A stretch of 64,000 nucleotides of DNA from an uncultured Candidatus Saccharibacteria bacterium (GTDB lineage: Bacteria > Patescibacteriota > Minisyncoccia > Phycocordibacterales > UBA2100): NCBI GenBank assembly GCA_964545165.1, contig CAZJEQ010000004.1, forward strand, positions 17,716 to 81,715, in the 5' to 3' direction. A program made the position numbers and the translations under genes. The notes below the pieces were generated by a model that worked only from the letters and a program-made list of their open reading frames with translations, had not been told where the DNA came from and searched no databases. Each line of letters begins with the position of its first letter. Position 1 is the first letter of the stretch. Below are positions 38,543 through 48,045 of this stretch, in pieces.

Positions 38543-40225
38543 ATGACTAAAGTGATTGTTTCTGTGATCTCTGGAGCCCTGCTCCTCACCGCCTCCGCTG
38601 CATCGGCGCAGGCCTATTACCCGTCGACGAGTGCGAATTGTGCAGGCATCAGCCGCGATCTCTCGGTCGGGAGCCGTGGCGCTGATGTGACGACACTCCA
38701 GCGTCTCCTTGTCGCGCAGAACTATCCGGGTGGCGGTAACTGGATGGTGACCGGCTACTACGGTGCAGCAACCGCAGCAGCGGTGCGCAACTACCAGACC
38801 CAACATGGCATCCCAACCACGGGCGTCGTCGACAGCGCGACGCGCGCATCAATGAGCGGTTGCGGCTCTTACAATCCGGTGATGCCGTCATATCCGTCAT
38901 ACCCGACCTATCCGACGACGCCGGTGTACCCAACCACTCCCTCGTATCCGACATATCCTACGTATCCGACGGGCAACGCGCCGTACCTCACGTCGCTCTC
39001 AATGACCTCGGCGACACAGTCGACGAGTGTCACGGTATACGGCACCAACTTCCAGTATGGCAACACCGTGGTGCGCATCGGTTCGACCAACGTCGCACTC
39101 ACCAATGTCAGCAACACGGCGGCAACCTTCACGGTGCCTGCTATGAATCCAGGCACGTATCAGATTTACGTCGTTACGAATTACGGTACCTCTAATCCGC
39201 TTTCGTTTACGGTCTCGCCGTCGATTCCGTGCAACACGTATCCGTACGGTAATTGCGGTACCTGCATCACGTACCCAGGCTATGGCTACGGAGTTATGGG
39301 AGCGAACTTCGGCACACAGAATTGCTCCGGCGGTCCTATCTCGCTTTCGTACCTCTCGCCATCTGAAGGCGCGATCAGCTCGCAAGTCACGATCTACGGC
39401 AGCGGCTTCTCCTCAACCGGCAACACCGTGCGATTCGGTCAGGGTGTTATCGCGAATCTCAATTCGTTTGACGGCACGAGCCTGACCTTCACGGTCCCGA
39501 ATCAGCTCACGGGCTACGGCTCAAGCCAGGTGTATCTTGGTATGTACTACGTGTCGGTCACCAATGCGACCGGCAACACGTCGAATGCATTGCCGTTTAC
39601 CGTGACCTCGCTCACGCCGGCAGGCACGCCGACGATCACCGGTATCTCGGGCCCGACGACGCTCGCGACGAATTCCACCGGCACGTGGACGCTTGCGACG
39701 AATAACCCGTCTGGCTCATACGCAACGCTCTCGATCAATTGGGGCGATGCGACGGGCGCGTATTCACAGCAGCTCGGCACGTCAATTGGCGCGCAGGGCT
39801 ACACCTTCTCGCATGTGTACGCACAAAGTGGCACCTACACCATTATCTTCACGATCACCAATGCTGCCGGACAGTCCAATGCAGCTTCGGCAACGGTCAA
39901 CGTCTCAGGTAGCGCGTCGGGCACGGCCACGCTCTCGTACGTGACGCCGCAGTCTGGTCGCGTGGGTACGCAGGTGCTCCTCGTCGGCGGCGGATTCTCG
40001 CCGCTCGAGAACACCGTCCATTTCGGCATCGGCGGTACGCAGCATCTCGTGAGCAACAACGGCACGACGATGTACTACACGATCCCGTCGTACGTCTCGA
40101 CCTGCGATCTCTCGAGCTACGGCTGCGGCGCTCCCGCACAGCTCGTAACTCCGGGCTCCTATCCGATCTACGTAACGAATCAAAATGGCGTGACGAGCGT
40201 GGTCAATTTCACGGTCACCCAGTAA
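38543..40225 (+). CDS. secreted protein with peptidoglycan-binding domain, IPT/TIG repeats and PKD-like domain
   Basis: Signal peptide; LSVGSRGADVTTLQ..GYYGAATAAAVRNYQ; repeated VTIYGSGF..NTVRFG. Confidence 0.85.
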   Translation: MTKVIVSVISGALLLTASAASAQAYYPSTSANCAGISRDLSVGSRGADVTTLQRLLVAQNYPGGGNWMVTGYYGAATAAAVRNYQTQHGIPTTGVVDSATRASMSGCGSYNPVMPSYPSYPTYPTTPVYPTTPSYPTYPTYPTGNAPYLTSLSMTSATQSTSVTVYGTNFQYGNTVVRIGSTNVALTNVSNTAATFTVPAMNPGTYQIYVVTNYGTSNPLSFTVSPSIPCNTYPYGNCGTCITYPGYGYGVMGANFGTQNCSGGPISLSYLSPSEGAISSQVTIYGSGFSSTGNTVRFGQGVIANLNSFDGTSLTFTVPNQLTGYGSSQVYLGMYYVSVTNATGNTSNALPFTVTSLTPAGTPTITGISGPTTLATNSTGTWTLATNNPSGSYATLSINWGDATGAYSQQLGTSIGAQGYTFSHVYAQSGTYTIIFTITNAAGQSNAASATVNVSGSASGTATLSYVTPQSGRVGTQVLLVGGGFSPLENTVHFGIGGTQHLVSNNGTTMYYTIPSYVSTCDLSSYGCGAPAQLVTPGSYPIYVTNQNGVTSVVNFTVTQ

Positions 40226-40238
40226 TCGCGCAAGCGAA

Positions 40239-40272
40239 CCAAAACGCCCCGGCTCATGCCGGGGCGTTTTGG
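40239..40272 (+). terminator. intrinsic terminator
   Basis: ccaaaacgccccggc-tcat-gccggggcgttttgg. Confidence 0.8.
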
Positions 40273-40289
40273 TGATGCATAATAGGCGG

Positions 40290-40940
40290 ATGAGTCGCAC
40301 CTGGCGGGTTCTCAATGTCGGCATCGTGCTCGCGCTCCTTGGGGCGTCGCTCATCATGTTTGTCCCGCTCGGCATGCGATATACGGAAGCTCGATATATG
40401 TACGACGAGGTCCGTGATATTCCGAGTACGGAAGCAGCGCTTGTGCTCGGTGCGTCGGTGAGTGGCGGGAAGCCATCACCGATTCTGGAAGAGCGCGCAC
40501 ATGCGGCGGTGCAGCTCTACCTCGAAGGCAAGGTCAGCAAGATTTTGGTCACGGGGGACAATAGCGCACTCTCACACGATGAGGTGACACCGGTGCGCAA
40601 ATACCTCATCGATGCAGGCATCCCAGCAGGAGATATTTTCCTCGATCATGCGGGCTTCGATACGTACTCGAGTATGTATCGTGCACGCGATGTGTTCGAT
40701 GCCTCATCGGTCACGATCGTGACACAGGATTTCCACCTACCGCGTGCGCTCTTTATTGCACGGACACTCGGGCTGACGGCGTACGGACTGCATACGCGCG
40801 GTGGTGGCTCAGGCCATGATTACTTACGTGAAGTCCCGGCGTCGATAAAAGCGCTCCTCGATGTAGTGATTGATCGTGCACCGAAATACCTTGGAGAGAA
40901 AATCCCGCTCTCTGGCGATGGTTCTACGACATGGTATTAA
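40290..40940 (+). CDS. SanA/YdcF/ElyC (DUF218) family protein
   Basis: ALVLGA, ILVTGDN, DHAGFDTYSSMYRA, TQDFHLPRA, LRE. Confidence 0.9.
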   Translation: MSRTWRVLNVGIVLALLGASLIMFVPLGMRYTEARYMYDEVRDIPSTEAALVLGASVSGGKPSPILEERAHAAVQLYLEGKVSKILVTGDNSALSHDEVTPVRKYLIDAGIPAGDIFLDHAGFDTYSSMYRARDVFDASSVTIVTQDFHLPRALFIARTLGLTAYGLHTRGGGSGHDYLREVPASIKALLDVVIDRAPKYLGEKIPLSGDGSTTWY

Positions 40941-40946
40941 TAGGGC

Positions 40947-41240
40947 ATGAAAATTTCACTACCGCATCGCGGCACTGAGGCAGAGGGTATTGCCCAAATA
41001 AAAAAGATGCTCGAAGAGCACCGCCAGAAAATCGCAGAGAATGCTACTGAGGTAAAGACTGATTGGCAGGATAACGTCATGACCTTCGGCTTCACAGCCC
41101 AGGGTTCCCATATCGAAGGCACCGTCACGGTGGTCGACAAGGAATTTCAGGTGTATGCGAAGCTTCCGCTTGCGCTCCGGCTCTTCGAGGGCACGATTGA
41201 GCGCATGGTCTCCGCCGAGATTCAGAAATTGAAGCTATAA
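40947..41240 (+). CDS. small protein resembling the polyhydroxyalkanoic-acid-system family
   Basis: ISLPH...W..NVMTF...IEGTVTV...KLP pattern. Confidence 0.6.
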   Translation: MKISLPHRGTEAEGIAQIKKMLEEHRQKIAENATEVKTDWQDNVMTFGFTAQGSHIEGTVTVVDKEFQVYAKLPLALRLFEGTIERMVSAEIQKLKL

Positions 41241-41247
41241 TATCTGC

Positions 41248-41385
41248 ATGCGTCAGTTGATACGTATTCTCGTGCCGCTCGCGTTTCTCCTTGCGATTGT
41301 CTATCTCGGATGGGTCGCGTACGCACGCCCCACTGAGGCCGATAAGGCATGTCCGCAGGGTGAGTGCGATTTTGCCCGCTACTAG
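41248..41385 (+). CDS. small membrane protein (45 aa, not in ORF track)
   Basis: MRQLIRILVPLAFLLAIVYLGWVAYARPTEADKACPQGECDFARY*; TATAAT 6 nt upstream. Confidence 0.65.
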   Translation: MRQLIRILVPLAFLLAIVYLGWVAYARPTEADKACPQGECDFARY

Positions 41386-42146
41386 CGGCTGAGCGAATCG
41401 AGTCCACTCATGTCGCTCTCGTCGAGCGAGAAGTCGAATATGGCGAGGTTCTCTCGCATACGCGCTTCCTCGGCCGACTTCGGGATGGTCACCATGCCGT
41501 GCTCGATATTCCAGCGGAGCATGATCTGTGCCGGCGTGCGCAGGTGTTTGTGAGCGATCGCGAGAATGGTCTCATGAGAAAAATACGCACCGCGGCCGAG
41601 CGGCGAGTACGCCTCGAAGACGATGCCTGTTTGTGCACAGTAATCGAAGAGCGTTCGATCAAAATCAAACGGCGTGCATTTGAGCTGATTAACCATCGGC
41701 GGAATCTTCGCCTCCATGAGCGGCTGTAACTCGTCGATGCCAAAGTTTGAGACTCCGATTGCCCGCGCGGTCTCGTCTTTGTAGATACTTTCCATCGCGC
41801 GCCATATATCAGGAGGCATTTCTGGAGATGGCCTATGGATCAGATAGAGGTCCACGTAGTCGAGTCCAAGCCGCTCCAAACTTTGCGAGAGGGCCGCTTT
41901 CGGATTGCCGAAATCCGTGGGCCAGAGTTTGGTGGTCACGAATATTTCTTCGCGCGGTATCGATGATGCACGGATAGCCCGCCCGACCCCCACTTCGTTG
42001 CCGTACATCATCGCGGTATCGATATGCCGATATCCCATTGCAAAGGCGAGGGGAAGGACGGATTCCGCGATCTCGTCATCCATTTTCCAGGTGCCCAGTC
42101 CGAGCATCGGGATCTTCGTGCCATTGGGCAATTCGACATCCTGCAT
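41382..42146 (-). CDS. aldo/keto reductase
   Basis: LGLGTW, GYRHIDTAMMY, FVTTKLW, DYVDLYLIH, IGVSNF, IPKS. Confidence 0.93.
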   Translation of the reverse strand: MQDVELPNGTKIPMLGLGTWKMDDEIAESVLPLAFAMGYRHIDTAMMYGNEVGVGRAIRASSIPREEIFVTTKLWPTDFGNPKAALSQSLERLGLDYVDLYLIHRPSPEMPPDIWRAMESIYKDETARAIGVSNFGIDELQPLMEAKIPPMVNQLKCTPFDFDRTLFDYCAQTGIVFEAYSPLGRGAYFSHETILAIAHKHLRTPAQIMLRWNIEHGMVTIPKSAEEARMRENLAIFDFSLDESDMSGLDSLSR

Positions 42147-42194
42147 AGCCCCAGTATACGCCGTACACATGAAGAGAAGTGGTACCATACGCGC

Positions 42195-43106
42195 ATGTCG
42201 AGGGTGCTGGAGGTCACAGATTTGCGTAAAGCGTACGCCGACCAGGTTGCGGTCGCTGGTATTTCATTCGCGCTCAAGCGCGGAGAAATTGTCGGATTCC
42301 TTGGTCCCAATGGGGCAGGCAAGACCACAACCATTCAGATGCTGCTGGGTATCACGACGGCGACGAGCGGCACCATCAGCTATTTCGGCAAAGATTTCTC
42401 GCAGCACCGCGAGCAGTGTCTGCAGCGTATTAATACGACCTCCGCTTTCAATACGCTCATGGGGCGTATTTCGGTGTGGGAGAATCTCGTCGTCTTCGCC
42501 GAGCTGTACGAGGTCAAAGATGCTCGCGCGAAAATCATATCGCTCCTCAAGGAACTCGAAGCGGAAGAGATCACGCATCGCCTTTACAAGGATCTGTCGT
42601 CGGGGCAGAAGACGCGCGTCAATCTCGTGAAGTCGCTCCTCAACGATCCCGAGATTCTGCTTATGGATGAGCCGACCGCCTCGCTCGACCCCGATATCGC
42701 TGACAAGACGCTGACTCTGATTGAACGACTGCGCGTTGAGCGTAATCTCTCGATCCTCTACACGAGTCACAATATGAGCGAGATCGATCGCATCTGCGAT
42801 CGTGTGATTTTCCTCGATCATGGGAAAGTCGTCGCTGAGGATACGCCGAAGAATCTCACCAAACTCGTCTCGGGCGCAACACTGCGCGTTGTATTTGATC
42901 AGAGGACCGAAGCGTTGGAGAAATATCTTGCAGAGAAAGCGCTTGATCATTCGTTCCCCGAGCATGCGACCATCGAGGTGCGCGCTAGTGAGCGGGAGAT
43001 TCCGGGTATTCTCTTTGAGCTCAGCAACACCGGTATCTGGATCGAGGATATCGAAGTGGTAAAGCCGACGCTCGAAGATGTCTTCCTTCAATTTGCACGA
43101 AAATAA
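42195..43106 (+). CDS. ABC-2 type exporter ATP-binding protein
   Basis: GPNGAGKTT, LSSGQ, MDEPTASLD, TSHNM, PTLEDVF. Confidence 0.92.
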   Translation: MSRVLEVTDLRKAYADQVAVAGISFALKRGEIVGFLGPNGAGKTTTIQMLLGITTATSGTISYFGKDFSQHREQCLQRINTTSAFNTLMGRISVWENLVVFAELYEVKDARAKIISLLKELEAEEITHRLYKDLSSGQKTRVNLVKSLLNDPEILLMDEPTASLDPDIADKTLTLIERLRVERNLSILYTSHNMSEIDRICDRVIFLDHGKVVAEDTPKNLTKLVSGATLRVVFDQRTEALEKYLAEKALDHSFPEHATIEVRASEREIPGILFELSNTGIWIEDIEVVKPTLEDVFLQFARK

Positions 43107-43107
43107 T

Positions 43108-43896
43108 ATGAACCTTCGACGCATCAAGGCAATATTGTGGCAGGAGCTGTACGTGACGTACCGCTCGGGGGAGGTCTTCGCGGATATCTTCGTCTTTCCG
43201 TTTGCCAACATTTTGGCGTTCGGCTACATCTCGCTGTATCTGAGCCGAGAGAACCCGGCTGCCGGCGAGCTGGTACTGCTCGGTATGCTTCTTTGGCAGG
43301 TGATATGGATTGTGCAGTATTCCGTGACGCTCGGGAGCCTGTGGAATATCTGGTCGCGCAATCTGACCAATATTTTCATCGCGCCCATTCGCGTGAGTGA
43401 ATACATCTTTGCCCACACGCTCTCGGGCACGATCAAATCACTGGTCGTGGTGGGCTTCGCTGCGGTGCTCTCGTATTTCGCCTTCGACTTCAATCTCCTT
43501 AAGATCGGCATCGCACCGCTTGCGCTGATATTTCTCAACTTCGTGCTTTTCGCCTACGCGCTCGGTATCGTGCTCCTGGGGCTCATCTTCCGTTACGGGA
43601 CGCGCATCCAGGCGGCGGCGTGGGCGGTGGTGTCTTTCTTCCTGCCGCTCTCGGCTGCCCTCTACCCAGTCGAGGTTTTGCCACTTGCGTTGCAATATTT
43701 CTCGAAGCTTTTCCCCGCCACATACGTCTTTGAGGCAGCACGTCACGCGCTCGCGACGGGCGGGGGAATAGCGTGGCCACTGTTCTCCATCGCGACCGGA
43801 CTCAACATTATCTACTGTCTCGTCTGCTCTCGCTTTTTCCTCTACCTCTTCGCAAAATCACTCGAAACAGGGCAATTCTCACGCAACGAGTCGTAA
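43108..43896 (+). CDS. ABC-2 type exporter permease
   Basis: Six TM helices, LYPVEVLP; coupled to the ATPase gene. Confidence 0.88.
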   Translation: MNLRRIKAILWQELYVTYRSGEVFADIFVFPFANILAFGYISLYLSRENPAAGELVLLGMLLWQVIWIVQYSVTLGSLWNIWSRNLTNIFIAPIRVSEYIFAHTLSGTIKSLVVVGFAAVLSYFAFDFNLLKIGIAPLALIFLNFVLFAYALGIVLLGLIFRYGTRIQAAAWAVVSFFLPLSAALYPVEVLPLALQYFSKLFPATYVFEAARHALATGGGIAWPLFSIATGLNIIYCLVCSRFFLYLFAKSLETGQFSRNES

Positions 43897-43931
43897 TTCA
43901 TCGCAGGTACACAGAAAGAATTGTTATACTG

Positions 43932-45449
43932 ATGCGTCTGATCAGTATGAGATATACCCACGCTTTTTTTGGATTGCTCCTTTTTACCGCACTTGTCGCA
44001 CCGAGTTCGACCTCGGCACTTGAGATCTCGGGATGGGTGCCGTATTGGCGTACCGCCACGGGGACCGCGGATACCATCGCGCACCTGAAGGATGTGACCG
44101 AGGTGAACCCCTTTGTCTATACGATCAAGAGCGACGGCACGCTGCTCGACAATGGTGCGATGAATCAGGATCCGTGGCAGTCGTTTGTCGTGGCGGCGCA
44201 TGCTCAAAACGTGCGCGTGATCCCCACGGTCATGACCTCCAATGGCACGCTTGTGCACGAACTCTTGAGTGACCCGCTCAAGCGTGAGCTGCTCGCTACA
44301 CGCATTTCATTGATGGTGATTGCTGGAAATTACGACGGTGTCGATATCGACTTCGAGGGCAAAAAGGCAGAGACGCGTGACGGCTTCTCGGCATTCCTAA
44401 AGAGTCTCTCTGAAAAGCTGCCAAACAAGTGGCTCTCATGCACCATCGAGACGCGCATTCCCGCAGAGGATCGCTACTACGGCACGACGATTCCGCCAGA
44501 TTACGGACAGTTTTCGAATGATCTCGTGCAGATCAATAAATACTGCGATCAGGTCAAGATCATGACCTACGATCAGCAGCGCATCGACCTCAAGCTCGCG
44601 GCAGATGTGGAATCGACAGGGGAATTGCATGCGCCGGTCGCGGACCCACGCTGGGTGGAGAAGGTCGTCAATCTGATGTCGAAAGACATCGATAAATCCA
44701 AGATCATGATTGGTGTCCCGACCTATGGATACGAATATGCGGTCACGGCGTATGCGGGACCGCAATACGTGTATGACATTCTTTGGACCTTTAATCCGGG
44801 GTACGCAACGCCGATTGCGCAGCAGCAGGGCATCACGCCGACGAGGAATTCCTCGGGTGAGCTGTTCTTTACCTATATCACCAATGTCACCACACCACCG
44901 CTCTCAGGGGGCACGAGTGCCATGCTTGCCGCCGCTGCCGCGAGCACCTTTGCGCAACAGAATAATTCCAACACGACCTTCCGCATGCTCACCTGGCCGG
45001 ATGCGCAATCGCTCCAGCAAAAGATCGATCTTGCGAAGCGTCTCGGCGTGCGCGGTGTCGCGATATTCAAATGGGATGGCGGTCAGGATCCTGCGATGTG
45101 GAACGTGATCGCGAATGCTGGTGCGACGAAACAAGTGGCGGCACCAACGAGCGCCACCGTGCCTGCGACTCCTGCCGCTGGCGCGATTACGCGGGCGCTT
45201 GCCGTCGGGTCTACTGGTGCGGATGTGAAGACACTGCAGCGTATCCTCAATCTTGCGACCGACACACGAGTCGCCGCGAGCGGGGTCGGATCTTCGGGTA
45301 GGGAATCGACGACCTTCGGTCCGGCGACACTCGTCGCACTCAAGAAATTCCAAGTGAAATACGGCATCGCGAAAGCGGGCGTTGTCGGCTATGGCTCCGT
45401 CGGCCCCAAAACCCGCGCCAAATTGAACGAACTCCTTACGAGTCTCTAG
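43932..45449 (+). CDS. secreted GH18 glycoside hydrolase with C-terminal peptidoglycan-binding domain
   Basis: YDGVDIDFE catalytic motif, IMTYD, GVPTYG; GSTGADVKTLQ..FGPAT..FQ..VGPKTRAKLN. Confidence 0.9.
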   Translation: MRLISMRYTHAFFGLLLFTALVAPSSTSALEISGWVPYWRTATGTADTIAHLKDVTEVNPFVYTIKSDGTLLDNGAMNQDPWQSFVVAAHAQNVRVIPTVMTSNGTLVHELLSDPLKRELLATRISLMVIAGNYDGVDIDFEGKKAETRDGFSAFLKSLSEKLPNKWLSCTIETRIPAEDRYYGTTIPPDYGQFSNDLVQINKYCDQVKIMTYDQQRIDLKLAADVESTGELHAPVADPRWVEKVVNLMSKDIDKSKIMIGVPTYGYEYAVTAYAGPQYVYDILWTFNPGYATPIAQQQGITPTRNSSGELFFTYITNVTTPPLSGGTSAMLAAAAASTFAQQNNSNTTFRMLTWPDAQSLQQKIDLAKRLGVRGVAIFKWDGGQDPAMWNVIANAGATKQVAAPTSATVPATPAAGAITRALAVGSTGADVKTLQRILNLATDTRVAASGVGSSGRESTTFGPATLVALKKFQVKYGIAKAGVVGYGSVGPKTRAKLNELLTSL

Positions 45450-45505
45450 ATAAAAATTAACAAGGGCCGCCTCTCTCAGGCGGCCCTCTCCATTTCACTG
45501 TCACA

Positions 45506-46174
45506 CTACCGTGACAGTGGTTGTACATCAGGAATCATTGATCCCTGCGGCTGGTCGAACGGCGTTTCCGCTCGCGTGATACGGGTGCGGCATATCCAGT
45601 CGGCGATAGGAAGCACTACATTGAAGTTCCTGCCACGCATATCGTAGTGGTGGAGCAGGTGACGGGCATTGATCCTCTTGAACCAGTCGGTCTTTTCGAT
45701 CCGACTCGCAAGCGGCTTGAACATCATCTGGTACCAGGGCGTGCCCTCGATCCAGAGCACTACCGGCTTGTGCATCACCCAGTGTGTCGACTCGTAAGCC
45801 CCGTAGTACAGCAGGATGATGATGGCCTCGGTGCCGCAGCATGTGAGCACGATACGCCACGGTACCCAGTCCATCAGCGCGAGCGGAAACGATATGAGCG
45901 CGAAGGGGATGGTACCGAGTACGACGAGCAGTGGTCCGTTCCACCACGCCATGGGAATCGTCTCCTCATCCGCGGGATTGTGCAGATGGTAGCTCGCGTC
46001 CGAGCCAAAGATGCCGTGATGCGTCTCGGCGTGCGCCTTGTACGGGTAATCAAATACCCATCCGAAGATCCGGAGCGGCTGGTGCATAACGAATCGATGC
46101 AGCCAGTACTCAGCGAACGAGGTATACGGTATCCCAAGTGGCAGCGTGAAGAGGATTGTCAAAAAGATATCCAT
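45506..46174 (-). CDS. fatty acid hydroxylase / sterol desaturase superfamily protein
   Basis: His boxes HRFVMH, HAETHH, HWVMH, HLLHH; NFNVV. Confidence 0.85.
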   Translation of the reverse strand: MDIFLTILFTLPLGIPYTSFAEYWLHRFVMHQPLRIFGWVFDYPYKAHAETHHGIFGSDASYHLHNPADEETIPMAWWNGPLLVVLGTIPFALISFPLALMDWVPWRIVLTCCGTEAIIILLYYGAYESTHWVMHKPVVLWIEGTPWYQMMFKPLASRIEKTDWFKRINARHLLHHYDMRGRNFNVVLPIADWICRTRITRAETPFDQPQGSMIPDVQPLSR

Positions 46175-46489
46175 TGCCTACCCCCAGCGTTGTCTCGTTG
46201 GAGTATACGTGCAAATGTGCACCTCGAAAGAGTGGTGTAACTTTGCCTTGCGAAGTTCCTGGCTCCGTCGGCCCCAAGTCCCGCACCAAGCTCAACGAAG
46301 CCCTCGCAGCTCTCTAGTTGCTCAAACATAAAATCGTTGTAGAATATTTTCTCGTTCTTTGATACGAGATGGTTGCCATAGCAGAAAGCGGCTCGATAGG
46401 GCAATTCTCTGCTGTGGCAACGTCAGGTGACGATGCCCTAAGTGCCCTAGAGGCAGCAGCTACGCCCCAGAAGGGGAAAGGATAGCGTC

Positions 46490-47143
46490 ATGACTCGCTT
46501 ACAGAAAGACGGTCTCGGCCCACTCGCTCGCGCTGCAGCAAGTGTTCCCCAGGCGCGCTTCGATCTGCTTACCAAAGTGGTGTCGAGCGTGGACAATAAT
46601 CGCGAGGGTCGTGGGCACGCGTGGTACGCGTTGCTCGACGACTGGCGTCGACGGACGATGCCATCCATTTTGAACGAAGAGCCCGTCTGCGTCGATCTTG
46701 GAGGCTTTGTCGTCGATTTCGACCAACCGTTGACGGACAAGTTCTTCATGTGCTCGATCCACAAGACGTTGCGGGACGCTGCCGCATCGCAGATCAACGA
46801 GTGGTTCGCGGAGCCGCGCACAGGTCGTCATACGGTCAACGTGCGTGCCATCAACTTCGCGGTGGCTACCTCGGACCTCGACTTTATGAAATGGTGTATC
46901 CCGACTGACCATATGCCGGCGACACCCAAGATCGGCTGCGACGTAATTCCCATTCTGCACCAGCAGGGCAGGGTCGGCGTATTCTCGAACCTTATCGCTA
47001 CGGGAATTCGCTCCAGACACGATGGCTCTGCGCTTGCGTGGACATACGATGAATCCTCAGCGACGACGGTGGTCTGGAAGATGAGCCCACCGAGTGACGG
47101 ACTCTGGCCCGCCGATCACTGGCACCTCGTCGTCAAGCAGTAG
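46490..47143 (+). CDS. hypothetical protein
   Basis: AAGGA SD; 217 aa; own terminator hairpin at ~47169-47202. Confidence 0.6.
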   Translation: MTRLQKDGLGPLARAAASVPQARFDLLTKVVSSVDNNREGRGHAWYALLDDWRRRTMPSILNEEPVCVDLGGFVVDFDQPLTDKFFMCSIHKTLRDAAASQINEWFAEPRTGRHTVNVRAINFAVATSDLDFMKWCIPTDHMPATPKIGCDVIPILHQQGRVGVFSNLIATGIRSRHDGSALAWTYDESSATTVVWKMSPPSDGLWPADHWHLVVKQ

Positions 47144-47243
47144 AGAGCCTTTCTACGGCAGATCTTCGATCAGCCTCCGCCATGTCGACGCGGAGGCTGA
47201 TTCTGTTTATTGCGCGACTTTTCGATAGTGTAGAATGTTCTCC

Positions 47244-47972
47244 ATGACCGAACACCATTCACGCGGAATCAATCCCGCTCTGTATATTCCGGGAGCCATC
47301 GTGCTTGCGGGCCTCATTATCGGCGTATGTCTTATCGTCGCGCTCAAGCCTGCGGGCGGCGTCGGCACCGCGACCGGCGGCGCGCAGGTTGCCGTCAATA
47401 TCAAAGACGTAAAGATCAAAGGCGATCCGTATATCGGCAAAGACAATGCGCCCGTCGTACTCGCGTACTGGTCAGACTATCAGTGTCCATTCTGCAAAGC
47501 AGTTGAAATGGGTCACGATCAGATTCCGCAGATCCAACCCTCGCTCCCAGCGCTCATCAAAGACTATGTCGACACCGGCAAGCTGAAAATTGTGTTCAAA
47601 GACTATCCATTCTTGAGCGAAGACAGTATGACAGCTGCGCTCTATGGTCGTGCGGTCTGGGAGCTCTATCCCGCCAAGTACTGGGAGTGGCGCGAGGCGA
47701 TGTTTGTCGCGCAGGATGAGGAGCACGGCGGATTCGGCAACGAGTCATCGATCATCGAGCTCAGCGGCAAGATTGCTGGTATTGATGCGCAGGCACTCAA
47801 GGCGAAAGTCACGCAAAAACTGGATGCTTACACAGCAGATATCGAAGCAGACAAGACGGAGGGCGCAGGATTTGGCATCAATGGCACGCCGGGATTCATC
47901 ACGGGCAAGACCTTGATTCCGGGTGCGGATTCGCTCGCGAATTTTAAGAAAGCGATCGACGAGCAGCTCTAA
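47244..47972 (+). CDS. DsbA/BdbD-type thioredoxin-fold protein
   Basis: TM anchor, SDYQCPFC, GINGTPGF. Confidence 0.9.
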   Translation: MTEHHSRGINPALYIPGAIVLAGLIIGVCLIVALKPAGGVGTATGGAQVAVNIKDVKIKGDPYIGKDNAPVVLAYWSDYQCPFCKAVEMGHDQIPQIQPSLPALIKDYVDTGKLKIVFKDYPFLSEDSMTAALYGRAVWELYPAKYWEWREAMFVAQDEEHGGFGNESSIIELSGKIAGIDAQALKAKVTQKLDAYTADIEADKTEGAGFGINGTPGFITGKTLIPGADSLANFKKAIDEQL

Positions 47973-48045
47973 TTGCTAAAAGTAAGAAAATAGGGCATAT
48001 TATTGCCAACGGGGTGCCCCGAAAGGGGCACTTTCCTTTGTAACC

